Notes: generated from the sequence alone by a model not told the origin. 64,000 nt of DNA from an uncultured Magnetococcales bacterium (GCA_964344355.1 CAYFNE010000003.1:3068-67067); one strand, 5' to 3'. Positions 21,316 through 31,685 are shown, counted from the stretch's first letter. Program-made: numbers and translations.

Positions 21316-22407
21316 ATGTCGGAAAAGATCATCATCATCGGCGCCGGGGTCATGGGCTGCGCCTGCGGTTTCCACCTGTTGCGGGCCGGCTTCCGGGTCA
21401 CCCTGCTGGAGCGGGCCCTGCCGGGGGCGGAATCCTCGGCGGCGGCGGCGGGTATTCTCGGCGCCCAGTCGGAAGTCTCTGAAACCGGGCCATTTTTTGA
21501 ACTGTGTCTGGCCAGCCGTGAGCTGTTTCCCGACTTCATCCGCGAACTGGAGTCGATCAGCGGCGTCGATGTCGGGTATGAGACCTCCGGCGTCCTGGAG
21601 GTGGCCCGGGATCCGTCTGAGGGCCATATCGTCGCCGGCCGGGCCGAATGGATGTTGGACCGGGGGTTGCGGGTGGAGGTGTTGGATCGGGAAGATGCCC
21701 GCCGCCTGGAACCGGCCCTGAGCGAAAAGATCGTCGGCGCCAACTATTATGCCGATGATCATCAACTGGACCCGCCGCAACTGGCCCGGGCCCTGGCCGC
21801 CGCCGTGCATCGTCTGGGGGGAACCTTTCAATCCGGTGTGCAGGTGACCGGGTTGGTTCGGGATGGCGGACGGGTGGCCGGGGTGCGGACCGACGGCGGG
21901 CCGATGTATGCCGACCGGGTGGTGGTGGCCGGGGGCGCCTGGAGCACCCGTCTGGCCGACCTGCCGGCCTTGCGCACCCCGATCAAACCGATGGCCGGGC
22001 AGATCGTTCAGGTTGAAAGCCGACCGCCGCTGTTTCGGCACGTCCTGTATGGCCTGAACGGCTATCTGGTGCCACGGGCCGATGGCCGGGTCCTGATGGG
22101 ATCGACCCTGGAGGAGCGCGGGTTCGACAAGGCGGTCACCACCGCTGGTTTGCAGCGCATCACCTCGATGGCCCTGGAGTTGGCCCCGGGGTTGGCCGAG
22201 TCACGCCTCATGGACAGTTGGTCCGGTTTGCGTCCGGCCCCGGAGGATGGTCTGCCCCTGCTCGGCGCCGCTTCCCTGCCAGGGCTCTATTTCGCTGCCG
22301 GGCATTATCGAAATGGCATCCTGTTGACGCCGGTCACCGGCCACATCATCGTCGACCTGATATCGGGCCGGCCACCGGTGGTCGATATTTCCCCGTTCGC
22401 CCCCTGA
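21316..22407 (+). CDS. thiO: FAD-dependent glycine oxidase-like oxidoreductase
   Basis: MSEKIIIIGAGVMGCACGFHLL (GxGxxG motif), C-terminal GLRPAPEDGLPLLG...AAGHYRNGILLTPVTG. ATG at 21316 is 2 nt after the preceding stop. Confidence 0.7.
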   Translation: MSEKIIIIGAGVMGCACGFHLLRAGFRVTLLERALPGAESSAAAAGILGAQSEVSETGPFFELCLASRELFPDFIRELESISGVDVGYETSGVLEVARDPSEGHIVAGRAEWMLDRGLRVEVLDREDARRLEPALSEKIVGANYYADDHQLDPPQLARALAAAVHRLGGTFQSGVQVTGLVRDGGRVAGVRTDGGPMYADRVVVAGGAWSTRLADLPALRTPIKPMAGQIVQVESRPPLFRHVLYGLNGYLVPRADGRVLMGSTLEERGFDKAVTTAGLQRITSMALELAPGLAESRLMDSWSGLRPAPEDGLPLLGAASLPGLYFAAGHYRNGILLTPVTGHIIVDLISGRPPVVDISPFAP

Positions 22408-22440
22408 TTCGGCAAGGAACCATGCAACGAGGTGAACCCC

Positions 22441-23535
22441 ATGGTTGAGTCGCGGCGGCGGGTAGCCGTGGCCCTTTCCGGGGGGGTCGATTCCGCCACC
22501 GCCGCCGCCGTTCTTCTCGAACGGGGTTATGAGGTCATCGGCTTGACCATGCGCCTTTGGGAGGAGGGGGGAGACGTACCCGTGACCGGTCAGCGCACCT
22601 GTTGCGCCCCGGAAGATTTGCACGATGCCCGCCGTGCCGCCCAAACCCTGGACATTCCTTTCTATGTGGTGGATCTCCAGGAAACCTTTCGGCGGGAGGT
22701 GGTGGAGGACTGTCTCGGCGCCTATGTCGCCGGTCGCACGCCCAATCCCTGCGTGCGTTGCAATGAATCCATGAAATTCAAGTATTTGCTCGGCAAGGCC
22801 CTGGCCCTGGGGGCCGATTGGCTGGCCACCGGCCATTATGTCGTCCGGCGGGAGGACGATGCCGGCCGGCCCCAACTGTGGCGGGCCGCCGACCGCCGCA
22901 AGGATCAGAGCTATTTCCTGTTTTCAACCCCCTATGAACAGCTCCGGCATGTTCGTTTTCCCCTGGGTGAGATCACCAAGGGGGAGACCCGGGAGTTGGC
23001 CGGCCGGTACGGATTGCATCTCGCTGAAAAACGAGAGAGCCAGGACCTCTGTTTCGTGCCGGATGGGAACCTGGCCGCCTTTCTGGCCCGGCAGGGGGCC
23101 CCCCTGACGGCCGGCGCCATCGTCGATGAAACCGGTAACCGGCTGGGAGACCATCGGGGGTTGGGACGATATACCATCGGTCAACGCAAGGGGCTGGGCA
23201 TTGCCGCCTCCCAACCGCTCTATGTCCTGGCCATCGATGCCGTTCACAATCGTCTGTTGGTGGGGCCGGAAGAGTCCCTGTATCGCCGCGACCTGGAGGT
23301 GGAAACGGTGAACTGGTTGTTGCCAACGCCACCCGGGGAGCCATTTTCCTGTCAGGCCCGCCTCCGTTATGCCGCCGAACCGCAGGCGGCGTGGATCGAA
23401 CCCCTGTCCGGCCAACGGGCACGGGTGGTATTCGATGAACCCCAACGGGCCATCACCCCGGGTCAGGCCTGTGTCTTTTATCAGGGAGGCCAGTTGTTGG
23501 GAGGTGGCTGGATCCGCCAGGGACTTGCCGGGTGA
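22441..23535 (+). CDS. mnmA: tRNA-specific 2-thiouridylase
   Basis: RVAVALSGGVDSATAAAVL (PP-loop), CCAPEDLHDARRAAQTLDIPFYV, NPCVRCN. ATG at 22441 has the gaggtg SD 6 nt upstream. Confidence 0.9.
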   Translation: MVESRRRVAVALSGGVDSATAAAVLLERGYEVIGLTMRLWEEGGDVPVTGQRTCCAPEDLHDARRAAQTLDIPFYVVDLQETFRREVVEDCLGAYVAGRTPNPCVRCNESMKFKYLLGKALALGADWLATGHYVVRREDDAGRPQLWRAADRRKDQSYFLFSTPYEQLRHVRFPLGEITKGETRELAGRYGLHLAEKRESQDLCFVPDGNLAAFLARQGAPLTAGAIVDETGNRLGDHRGLGRYTIGQRKGLGIAASQPLYVLAIDAVHNRLLVGPEESLYRRDLEVETVNWLLPTPPGEPFSCQARLRYAAEPQAAWIEPLSGQRARVVFDEPQRAITPGQACVFYQGGQLLGGGWIRQGLAG

Positions 23536-23579
23536 GGTGGCGAGGTTGTTTTGTTTTCACTCCAATTTTCCGTTTTTTT

Positions 23580-23588
23580 TGGTATGAT
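23580..23588 (+). promoter_or_regulatory. Candidate extended -10 promoter element (TGgTATGAT) upstream of the cNMP-binding gene
   Basis: tggtatgat lies at 23580-23588 in a T-rich intergenic stretch, 85 nt upstream of the ATG at 23673. No good -35 element. Confidence 0.3.
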
Positions 23589-23672
23589 CCTTTTTCATCG
23601 GGGTGGGGAGGCCGCTCTGATACGGGCCGTTTCGTGAGACAGGTCCATTTTCCTGAACCGGGAGTCGAGTGG

Positions 23673-24116
23673 ATGGTCGTTGCCAAGTTGCTGAATGATA
23701 TTGAATTTTTCAAAGCCATGACCGACCGGGAAAAGGTTCGGATCATCGAGGGACAAAGCTTTTTCGAAGGTTTTGAGGCCGGGGAGTTCATTATCCGTGA
23801 AGGGCAGCGCAATGATTCGCTCTATGTGGTCATCAAGGGTACCGCCCTGGTGACCAAAAACAGCCATCCGGAACATGTGATCGCCACCCTGCGCCCCGGG
23901 GCCATCTTCGGTGAACTGTCCTTTTTGACCGGTCGGCCGCGTTCGACCAACGTCGTCACCAGTGAAAAGGTGATCTGTTTCGTCATGAACAGCGCCAGCT
24001 TCAACCGCATGGACATCGCTTTTCAACTCAAGGTGAAAAATGAGTTGATCAAGATATTGGTGGCGCGGTTGGATGACATGAATGCCGCTTTGTTGGAAAG
24101 CATGGTGCGCCAATAG
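23673..24116 (+). CDS. Stand-alone cyclic-nucleotide-binding (CAP/Crp effector-type) domain protein, 147 aa, no DNA-binding domain
   Basis: FFKAMTDREKVRIIEGQSFFEGFEAGEFIIREGQRNDSLYVVIKG...GAIFGELSFLTGRPRSTNVV. ggag SD is 8 nt upstream of the ATG at 23673. Confidence 0.8.
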   Translation: MVVAKLLNDIEFFKAMTDREKVRIIEGQSFFEGFEAGEFIIREGQRNDSLYVVIKGTALVTKNSHPEHVIATLRPGAIFGELSFLTGRPRSTNVVTSEKVICFVMNSASFNRMDIAFQLKVKNELIKILVARLDDMNAALLESMVRQ

Positions 24117-24145
24117 GGGATCCTTCGGGCGGGTGGAACTGTCCC

Positions 24146-24799
24146 CTATCGCAAACTGATGATTTCCCACCCTCTCTTTTCGGCATGACGGCGCAGCCGT
24201 TCATCGGGATCCACCGCCACCGGTCGTTCGACCATCTCCAACAGTGGCAGATCGTTGTGTGAATCGCTGTAAAAACAGCTTTTTCCCAGGGTTTGACCAT
24301 TGGCCGCCAGCCAGGCGTTCAAACGGGTCACCTTGCCTTCCCGAAAACAGGGCACCCCTTCCGGCTGGCCGGAATAGCGGCCATTGCGGATCTCCGCCTC
24401 CGTCGCCAACAGGTGGGGCACCTCGAGCAGTTCGGCGATGGGGGCGGTGACGAAACGGTTGGTGGCGGTGATGATCAGCAGGGTGTCCCCGCGCCTCCGA
24501 TGCTCCGCCAACAGATTCGGCGTGCCGGGGGCAATGATGGGCCTGACCTTTTCCGCCACGAAGTCCGACCGCCACCGGTGCAGGTCCGGCAGATCATGGC
24601 GGGCCAGAATACCGAGCTGAAAGGTGAGATAGGCGCCGATGTCCAGAATACCCTTTTTATAATCCTGGAAAAATTTTTCGTTTTCCCGTTCATAGGTCTT
24701 TCCATCCACCAATCCCCGCTCCACCAGAAAGCAGCCCCACAGATAATCGCTGTCATCGCTGAGGAGGGTGTTGTCCAAATCGAACAGCGCCAATCCCAT
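24146..24799 (-). CDS. HAD-IB family hydrolase (SerB-like phosphatase)
   Basis: LALFDLDNTLL (motif I), LLIITATNRF, CFYSDSHNDLPLLE (motif III). Start at 24799, 24808 or 24814. Confidence 0.8.
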   Translation of the reverse strand: MGLALFDLDNTLLSDDSDYLWGCFLVERGLVDGKTYERENEKFFQDYKKGILDIGAYLTFQLGILARHDLPDLHRWRSDFVAEKVRPIIAPGTPNLLAEHRRRGDTLLIITATNRFVTAPIAELLEVPHLLATEAEIRNGRYSGQPEGVPCFREGKVTRLNAWLAANGQTLGKSCFYSDSHNDLPLLEMVERPVAVDPDERLRRHAEKRGWEIISLR

Positions 24800-24991
24800 G
24801 GCCGTCATCTCCAAAAAAAATTTTTAACGATTCCTTGTTTTTTAGTCGATTTATCAATAGATTGAAAGGGTTCCTCGCGGTGTCGGCCAAATTTGACGAA
24901 AAATATTGAAATTTCTTGAAAAAAATATTCAAGCCGGTTGAGAAGACGGCCGATGAGAACAACAGGTACGGAACCAATTGGAGATGGTCTC

Positions 24992-25405
24992 ATGTTAAAC
25001 GCCCTGCCAGCCGTCAATGTATACGGACCCTCCAATCCGCTTCAGGAGCAAACCGCTCAAAGCCGGATATCGGAGGAGATCCGTACCAACAACAACGAAC
25101 GCGTGGATGTGCGCAGCGTCGAAAATCTGGATGAGGACGCCGGTGCGGCCGAATCCCACAGCCGGGAAGGGGACGCCGGACGCGCACCCCCGCAACAGTT
25201 GCCGCCGCAACCCCATCCGAGAAATGCCTTTTTCGATGAGGAAGGGGAGTTCGCCCAGCGGGTCAATGAGGATCGTGAGGGTGAAACCAGGAGCCGGCGG
25301 GCCCTCGATTCGTTTTTGAAAAACGCCGAGGCCGGCCGGGAAACCGCCCGTGCCGGTCAGGGCAATGCCGAAACCATGCGGCCATCGGTCGATACGGTCG
25401 CCTGA
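24992..25405 (+). CDS. Hypothetical acidic low-complexity protein (137 aa)
   Basis: ggag SD upstream of the ATG at 24992. MLNALPAVNVYGPSNPLQEQ... No recognisable domain; coding status is uncertain. Confidence 0.4.
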   Translation: MLNALPAVNVYGPSNPLQEQTAQSRISEEIRTNNNERVDVRSVENLDEDAGAAESHSREGDAGRAPPQQLPPQPHPRNAFFDEEGEFAQRVNEDREGETRSRRALDSFLKNAEAGRETARAGQGNAETMRPSVDTVA

Positions 25406-25451
25406 TGGTTCCACCCTTCGAGGTCCGATTCTGAAAAACTATCTGCAAAAA

Positions 25452-25970
25452 ATGCGCGGGACGGGCAACGGTCCGCCCCGCGTGGCCGTTTCTGAAATTT
25501 TCTGGTCCTGGCTGGGCTCCTTTCTGGGGATCGGCCTGGTGGGTTCCCTGCACTATTTTTTATTGGCCCCCAACGATCTGGCCCTGATCATCGGATCCTT
25601 CGGCGCTTCTGCGGTCCTGATCTATGGCGCCATCGGCAGTCCCCTGGCCCAACCGCGTAATCTGCTCGGGGGCCATCTGCTCTCCGCCGTCGTCGGTGTG
25701 GCGGTTTTTCAACTGTTGCAGCCCCATCTCTGGTTGGCCGCGGCCCTGGCGGTCTCCCTGGCCATCGCCCTCATGCAGGCGACCAACACCCTTCACCCCC
25801 CCGGCGGCGCCACGGCCCTGATCGCGGTCATCGGTTCGGATCAATTGCACGATCTGGGTTTTCTTTATGTCTGGATGCCGGTGGGATTGGGGGCCCTGCT
25901 CATGTTGGCAGTGGCTTTGCTAGTCAATAATATCTCCCGGCGACGTCGCTATCCGCTCTATTGGTGGTGA
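25452..25970 (+). CDS. HPP-family integral membrane protein
   Basis: LHPPGGATALIAV motif and 4-5 TM segments. The true start may lie upstream of the ATG at 25452, because ILKNYLQKMRG resembles conserved HPP N-termini. Confidence 0.75.
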   Translation: MRGTGNGPPRVAVSEIFWSWLGSFLGIGLVGSLHYFLLAPNDLALIIGSFGASAVLIYGAIGSPLAQPRNLLGGHLLSAVVGVAVFQLLQPHLWLAAALAVSLAIALMQATNTLHPPGGATALIAVIGSDQLHDLGFLYVWMPVGLGALLMLAVALLVNNISRRRRYPLYWW

Positions 25971-26101
25971 GCGGACGCTCACCATGCCGATTGAAATGAA
26001 CAAGCGGTCGAACCAAGTGACGATTATTCAATGAACCGGTTGATTTCACTCGATAAAAAACCTTTTCCGCACCTCCCGGTGAACCTCGTTTTCGAACGGA
26101 T

Positions 26102-29100
26102 ATGACCCGAACCGAACCCCCGGAAACCAAACCGGTTCCCAAGGTCCAGTCAAACGGGCGTGGTGGATTCGGTCTGGTGAAAAAAATTGTCCGTTTCTTT
26201 GGCGCCTTTCTATTGCTGTTGGTTTCGGGTTGGTTGGCGATTTCGGTCTGGATCATCCATTTCCCCCCCAAACTCGATCGACATGCCCCGGAACTGGCCC
26301 GTTTTTTGTCCAGCCACAGCGATTTCCAGGTAACCTTGCGGGGGTTGTCCCTGAAAGCGGGAGTGGCCCTGACCGTATCCGGCCAGGGATTGACCATCGC
26401 TCGAAAGGGGGGGGCGGTACCTTTTCTGAGTGCGGATCGGGTTCAACTGCGTTTTTCACCCTTGAACTGGTTTCAGGGATGGCACTCCATCGGCCTGATC
26501 GTGAAGGGCGTGAAAACCGAGATACGACGAAAGGTCGACGGTACGATCTGGATCGGCGACTGGTTGTCGGACACATCGTTCAACCACACCGGGCGTCACT
26601 TTTCAACGGACGAATGGTATCTGCCCGCTCGTCTGCCCATTTCCCACCTTTCCCTGCGCGATGCCCGTGTCACCTGGTTGGATGAACAGTGGAACGGTCC
26701 CGATCGGGTACCGGAGGTCGTTCTCGAACGGGTCAATTTTTCCATCTTTTCCCGGGAGAACGGTCGTATCCATCTGAGCGGGGATGGAATATTGCCGGTT
26801 GCCGGGAAACCGGTCCAGGCGCGTTGGAAGATGGAGGGGGAGGTGATGACCGATCAACGTTGGAGTGCCGGTGTCACCATCGAAAGCCTGGACCTGAAGG
26901 CCCTCAAACCCTGGTTTGACGAAGAGATCGCCCATATCGATCTGTCCAGCCTTTTTTTGCTGGAGTTGTCCGCCAATGGCGGCGTTCATGACGATGATAC
27001 CCGTATTCTCTGGCGGCTCACCGGGAAAAAGGGTCAACTGACCATGCCGGAGCTGTTTCGACATTCCTTGCCGATACGAAAAGTGACGGCAAAGGGCATG
27101 CTCTTTGAGCGGCCCGACACCTGGGACCTGGAGGTGGAACGGTTCGATCTGGTCAATGCCCATGCCACCGCCAAAGGGGGGTTCAAGCTGTTGGGATTGG
27201 GTGCGGACACCCCCGCCACCATCGATATGACCACCACCATTGCGGGGATGTCGATCGAAGGCGCCAAACAGTACTTTCCGGTCAGCCTCATGAATCCAAC
27301 CCTGGTGCGCTGGTTGGACACCTCCTTGAACCAGGGACGCCTGACCCCGGTGGAGGCACGTATCAAGGGGCCGCTCTCGGAGGCGATGTTCGAGCCGGCG
27401 AAAAAAAAACGCCGGAAAAAAACCGATGCCCCCGTGTTCCATGTCGAAGGGGACGTCACCGGGCTCAACCTGGGCTATTTCCCCGGTTTGCCACCGCTGA
27501 AAAACATCAAAAGCCACCTGGTCTTCGATGGTATCTCCATGTCGGCACGGATTTCATCGGCCCGTTTGGGGAAAACGAAAAAAATCTCCGGCAACATCGC
27601 CATCCCCGATATGGTGGACAATCCTTTGTTGAGCGTCTCCGCCAGGGTGCCACGGGTAGAGTTGGGAACATTGTGGAGCGAACTGATCATCCATCCAAAA
27701 TTGCGCTGGGACCGGGCGGTGGGCCTGGAAAACGGCGGTATCCGGGGAGAAGGGGCCGGCAACCTGAAAATCAGGATTCCCTTGTTGAGTCCCCGGTCGG
27801 CCCACTACAGCGGTCGCCTGGATATTCGCAACGGCGAGTTGTCCCTGCCCTTTTTGGAAAGCCCATTGCAAGGTTTGGGCGGCTGGCTCAACTTTGACCG
27901 CAAACAGCTGACGCTGACCATCTCCAAGGGTTCCTTCAATGATCTGCCGCTTTCGGGTCGGTTCAAGGTTCGCAACTATCGGAACCGAAAAAAAATTCAT
28001 TTCACCACCCGGATCGACAGCATCCTGGAGGAAAAACGGCTTTCCGGTTGGTTTTCCCCCCTGTTGGGAGACCGGGGCCGGTTTATCGGCAAGGTGCCCC
28101 TGAAATTGACCATTTCCAACAATCCCGGAAAACCCCGCTTCAATGTCAAGGGGGAGGTGGATGCGAAAAATCTGCATATCAAAGGGGTGATGAACTGGGA
28201 AAAGACCGCTGGAAAAAAAGGGGCCATCCTGATCAAGGGGGTCTTGAACCGGAAGGGACGGTTCAAGATCGACCGCGCCAAGGTGGAACTCGGCAACCTC
28301 GGACTGCGGGGCAACGGCGCCTGGGACATGGTCAAGAACAAGGGCACCGTGCATCTGGCCTCCGCCCACCTGGGGGACAGCAAAGGCAAGGCGACGATCA
28401 CCCAGAACAACACCCTGCCGTCCGGGCTCGGGGATTGGGATATCAATGCCGACCTGGAATGGTTGGACCTGTCGGGATTGTGGGAAAATCCCAAGGTGCC
28501 CGCCATCCCGCCCCCCAAACCCAAATCCCAACAAAAGTGGCCGCGTCCCCGGGTCAATCTGGATATGACCGCCGATTTCGTCATTTTGGCCAATGGCGAG
28601 GAGGGGAGGGAGTTACGGGCCAAAATGTTGATGGAAAAACATGGCGTGCGGGTCAAGTCCATGAAATGGCGGCTTGGCAAGGGCGAGGTTCGCCTGGACG
28701 GGGAGTTGATGTGGCCCTTTGAGTTCGGCTCCGGTTTTTACTCCGGGCGGATGTACATGGAAAACGGCGATGTCGGCCGCCTGTTGCGCAGCCTCGATTT
28801 TCATGACGGGTTGATCGGCGGGGAGGGTGAAATGGTCCTCAATCTGGATGGTTTCGTACCACCGGGCGGACGGTTTCAGGATCATCTGACCGGTGACGGC
28901 GAGTTCGAATTACGTGGCGGAACCATCCGCCGGCTCGGTCTGCTGTCGACGATTCTCGGGCTGTTCTCCCTGCGGGACCTGCCCAATCTGGTGGTTGGCG
29001 ATCGTCCCGACCTGGCGGCCAAGGGATTTCGTTTCGACCGTTTCCGAGGACTTTTCAAACTGCGGGAAAGCATTTTGACCATCGACGATCGTTGGGAGAT

Positions 29101-29443
29101 GAGCGGTCCATCGATGAAAATCGTCACCTCCGGAACCATGAACTTTCCCGAAGAGCGGCTCAAACTGCTGGTGGGGATCCGTCCCCTGCAAACCCTGGAC
29201 AAGTTCATCGCCGAGGTACCGCTGTTGGGCAAACTGGTGGCCGGCAGCCGGGATGCCGTTCTGGAAACCCAGTTCGATGTCACCGGCTCCATGGCCAAAC
29301 CGACCGTCACCATCCGGCCGGTGGCCAGCCTGGTACCGGGGCTGGTACGGGATCTGTTGAGCTCCCAAAGCCATGTTCCTGAAAAGAAAAACGGGAAGAA
29401 GGACAAAAAGCGGGAAAAAAGGCCCGATCCGGTTCCCAGGTGA
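26102..29443 (+). CDS. YhdP-like AsmA-family protein (DUF3971 plus AsmA_2-type C-terminus), 1113 aa
   Basis: N-terminal TM FFGAFLLLLVSGWLAISVWII. C-terminal FRFDRFRGLFKLRESILTIDDRWEMSGPSMKIVTSGTMNFPEERLKLLVGIRPLQTLDKFIAEVPLLGKLV...FDVTGSMAKPTV. Confidence 0.8.
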   Translation: MTRTEPPETKPVPKVQSNGRGGFGLVKKIVRFFGAFLLLLVSGWLAISVWIIHFPPKLDRHAPELARFLSSHSDFQVTLRGLSLKAGVALTVSGQGLTIARKGGAVPFLSADRVQLRFSPLNWFQGWHSIGLIVKGVKTEIRRKVDGTIWIGDWLSDTSFNHTGRHFSTDEWYLPARLPISHLSLRDARVTWLDEQWNGPDRVPEVVLERVNFSIFSRENGRIHLSGDGILPVAGKPVQARWKMEGEVMTDQRWSAGVTIESLDLKALKPWFDEEIAHIDLSSLFLLELSANGGVHDDDTRILWRLTGKKGQLTMPELFRHSLPIRKVTAKGMLFERPDTWDLEVERFDLVNAHATAKGGFKLLGLGADTPATIDMTTTIAGMSIEGAKQYFPVSLMNPTLVRWLDTSLNQGRLTPVEARIKGPLSEAMFEPAKKKRRKKTDAPVFHVEGDVTGLNLGYFPGLPPLKNIKSHLVFDGISMSARISSARLGKTKKISGNIAIPDMVDNPLLSVSARVPRVELGTLWSELIIHPKLRWDRAVGLENGGIRGEGAGNLKIRIPLLSPRSAHYSGRLDIRNGELSLPFLESPLQGLGGWLNFDRKQLTLTISKGSFNDLPLSGRFKVRNYRNRKKIHFTTRIDSILEEKRLSGWFSPLLGDRGRFIGKVPLKLTISNNPGKPRFNVKGEVDAKNLHIKGVMNWEKTAGKKGAILIKGVLNRKGRFKIDRAKVELGNLGLRGNGAWDMVKNKGTVHLASAHLGDSKGKATITQNNTLPSGLGDWDINADLEWLDLSGLWENPKVPAIPPPKPKSQQKWPRPRVNLDMTADFVILANGEEGRELRAKMLMEKHGVRVKSMKWRLGKGEVRLDGELMWPFEFGSGFYSGRMYMENGDVGRLLRSLDFHDGLIGGEGEMVLNLDGFVPPGGRFQDHLTGDGEFELRGGTIRRLGLLSTILGLFSLRDLPNLVVGDRPDLAAKGFRFDRFRGLFKLRESILTIDDRWEMSGPSMKIVTSGTMNFPEERLKLLVGIRPLQTLDKFIAEVPLLGKLVAGSRDAVLETQFDVTGSMAKPTVTIRPVASLVPGLVRDLLSSQSHVPEKKNGKKDKKREKRPDPVPR

Positions 29444-29447
29444 TGCT

Positions 29448-31685
29448 CTATTTTTGCATATGGGTGAACACGCCGTCCCAGTCGGCGGGTGGTGGATTGG
29501 ACTTGAAATGTTGAATGCGGGACAGATAGATGTCGTAGATCATCCGTTCCGGATCCCGTTGTTGCAGATTGCGGAACATTTTTTGTGAATCGATCCAACG
29601 CCGCATGCGGTACAGGGCCACCGCCTTGTGGTAGGCGGTCAGCTCCGCACGGCTTTCCTGGTTCACATCGTTGATGTACCCCACCGGTTCGAAGATGGAC
29701 ACGGCGCTGTCCTTGCCTTTGACCCGGACCCGGTCCAATTCACGGAAAATGATGTCGGAAGCGGCCTTCTTGGTCTCCTCGCCGGCGATGATGTCGACGC
29801 CGTACTGTTTGGTCAACCCCTCCAGGCGCGCACCGAGATTGACCGCATCACCCAACACCGTGAAGGCCATGCGAAACTCGGATCCCATGTTGCCGACGTT
29901 CATGATGCCGGTATTCAGGCCGATGCCGATTTTCAGGGGGGGCCAACCGCGGGCCTTGAACTCATCTTTCAGTTCGTTCATGGCCTCGACCATGGCCATG
30001 CTGGCATACAGGGCGTTATGGGCATGGTTCAAATCCACCAGCGGCGCCCCCCAGAAGGCCATCACCGCATCGCCCATATACTTGTCGATGGTGCCCCGGT
30101 GATCGTGGATCACCCGGGTGATGGGGGTCAAAAAGGCATTCATCAGCCGGGTCAGCTCTTCTGGTGACAACCCCTCGGAAATGGTCGTGAATCCCCGCAC
30201 GTCGGAAAACAGGACCGTCATCTCCCGGCTCTCACCGCCCAGGGAAAAGTTTTCACCACTGCGATTCATCTCTTCCACCAGTTCCGACGGGATATATTGG
30301 CCGAACTGACGGGTGATGCGCCGTTTTCCGCGTGATTCCACGAAAAAACCGACCGACATGTGCAGAATGAACAGGGTCAGAACCAGGGCCAGGATGGCGG
30401 CAATGGGCAACACCATATCGATCCGAATCCAGAAGAAGGCATTGAACCAGATCAGGACCAGGACCAGAATGCCGGTCAGGTAGACCCCCCAGGCCGGGGA
30501 GAGACGGGGCATCATCAGCGACATCAGCGCGCCGATGACCAGCATGGTGAACAGTTCCAGACCGGTAACGAAGGCCGGGGCATGTTTGATGGTTCCGTCC
30601 AACATGCCGCTGATGATGTTGGCGTGAACCTCCACCCCGGGATAGACCCGTTGCACGGGGGTGGTTCTCAGGTCCATCAAACCCGGGGAGGTGGTTCCCA
30701 CCAGGACGATGGCCCCTTTCAGGATCTCGGGATTGGCCTGGCGCTCGAGGACATCGACGGCGGATACATAGGGAAAGCTGCCCTGGCGTCCGCGAAACGG
30801 CACCAGTACCGCCCCCCGTTCATCGACGGGGATGTGATGGGGGCCCAATCCCACCCATTCCAGGCCGTTTTCGATCTCTTGTGGGGATTGGGCGGTGGCG
30901 TTGATGCCGAGGGTGATGGGGGGATCCCCCAACAGGGCCCGTACCATGCCCAGGGCCAATGATTGATAGATGCCGCCCTGAAACTCCTGCAACAGGGGCA
31001 CCCGGCGAAAAACCCCGTCGCCGTCCACCAGCGGATTGTCGAAAAAACCGGCGCTCAGGGCCGATTTCTGCAGTTGCGGCAGATTGGCCCCGTACCCCAT
31101 GGCCCGGACGAAGGGAATGTTGGAGCGACCCATCTCCTCGGTGGTGATGACCGGTTCCGGCAGTTTTCCGACGGTGGTCGATTCGGCGCCGGGGTCGACA
31201 TGGGTCTTGAAATAGTACCCGAGGATGACCAGCCGTTCACGCAGGCTTTCAGCCATGATCCGGTCCCGTTGCAGTTGCGGCCGATATTTTTTCAACTGCT
31301 CCTGAAACCGTCGATCCTCCTTGAGCGCCCCCTTGCCGAGCGCTTCCATCAGTTCCAATCCGGAACTGGTATCCGGTTCGGCGAACACCACGTCGAAGCC
31401 CATGATGCGAATTTGATAATGGTCGAACAGGGTGTCGATCATCTCTGCCACCGTGTGGCGGCCCCAGGGCCAGCGACCGACGGCGTTGACGCTTTTTTCG
31501 TCCAGATCGAGGATGACGATACGTTGGTCGACCCGGTTCGGCAGGGTCCAGCGCAGGCGCATGTCGTAGGTGATGTTCTCCAGCCGGTCCAAAAAGGTGA
31601 TGGGGATGAATCCCAGGACATGGAGAAAGAAAAGGGCGACCGTTCCCAGACTCAGCAGATGGCGGAGAATTTGATGATGAGACAC
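29448..31685 (-). CDS. CHASE2-sensor class III adenylate/guanylate cyclase
   Basis: CHASE2 hallmark VGRWPWGRHTVAEMID. TM cluster. Cyclase core MTVLFSDVRGFTTISE...IDKYMGDAVMAFWGAP...AFTVLGDAVNLGARLE. Confidence 0.9.
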   Translation of the reverse strand: MSHHQILRHLLSLGTVALFFLHVLGFIPITFLDRLENITYDMRLRWTLPNRVDQRIVILDLDEKSVNAVGRWPWGRHTVAEMIDTLFDHYQIRIMGFDVVFAEPDTSSGLELMEALGKGALKEDRRFQEQLKKYRPQLQRDRIMAESLRERLVILGYYFKTHVDPGAESTTVGKLPEPVITTEEMGRSNIPFVRAMGYGANLPQLQKSALSAGFFDNPLVDGDGVFRRVPLLQEFQGGIYQSLALGMVRALLGDPPITLGINATAQSPQEIENGLEWVGLGPHHIPVDERGAVLVPFRGRQGSFPYVSAVDVLERQANPEILKGAIVLVGTTSPGLMDLRTTPVQRVYPGVEVHANIISGMLDGTIKHAPAFVTGLELFTMLVIGALMSLMMPRLSPAWGVYLTGILVLVLIWFNAFFWIRIDMVLPIAAILALVLTLFILHMSVGFFVESRGKRRITRQFGQYIPSELVEEMNRSGENFSLGGESREMTVLFSDVRGFTTISEGLSPEELTRLMNAFLTPITRVIHDHRGTIDKYMGDAVMAFWGAPLVDLNHAHNALYASMAMVEAMNELKDEFKARGWPPLKIGIGLNTGIMNVGNMGSEFRMAFTVLGDAVNLGARLEGLTKQYGVDIIAGEETKKAASDIIFRELDRVRVKGKDSAVSIFEPVGYINDVNQESRAELTAYHKAVALYRMRRWIDSQKMFRNLQQRDPERMIYDIYLSRIQHFKSNPPPADWDGVFTHMQK

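Noticed and set aside
25924-26397. 157-aa minus-strand ORF
   Set aside because: It overlaps the end of the HPP gene and the start of the YhdP-like gene in antisense, and has no motifs.
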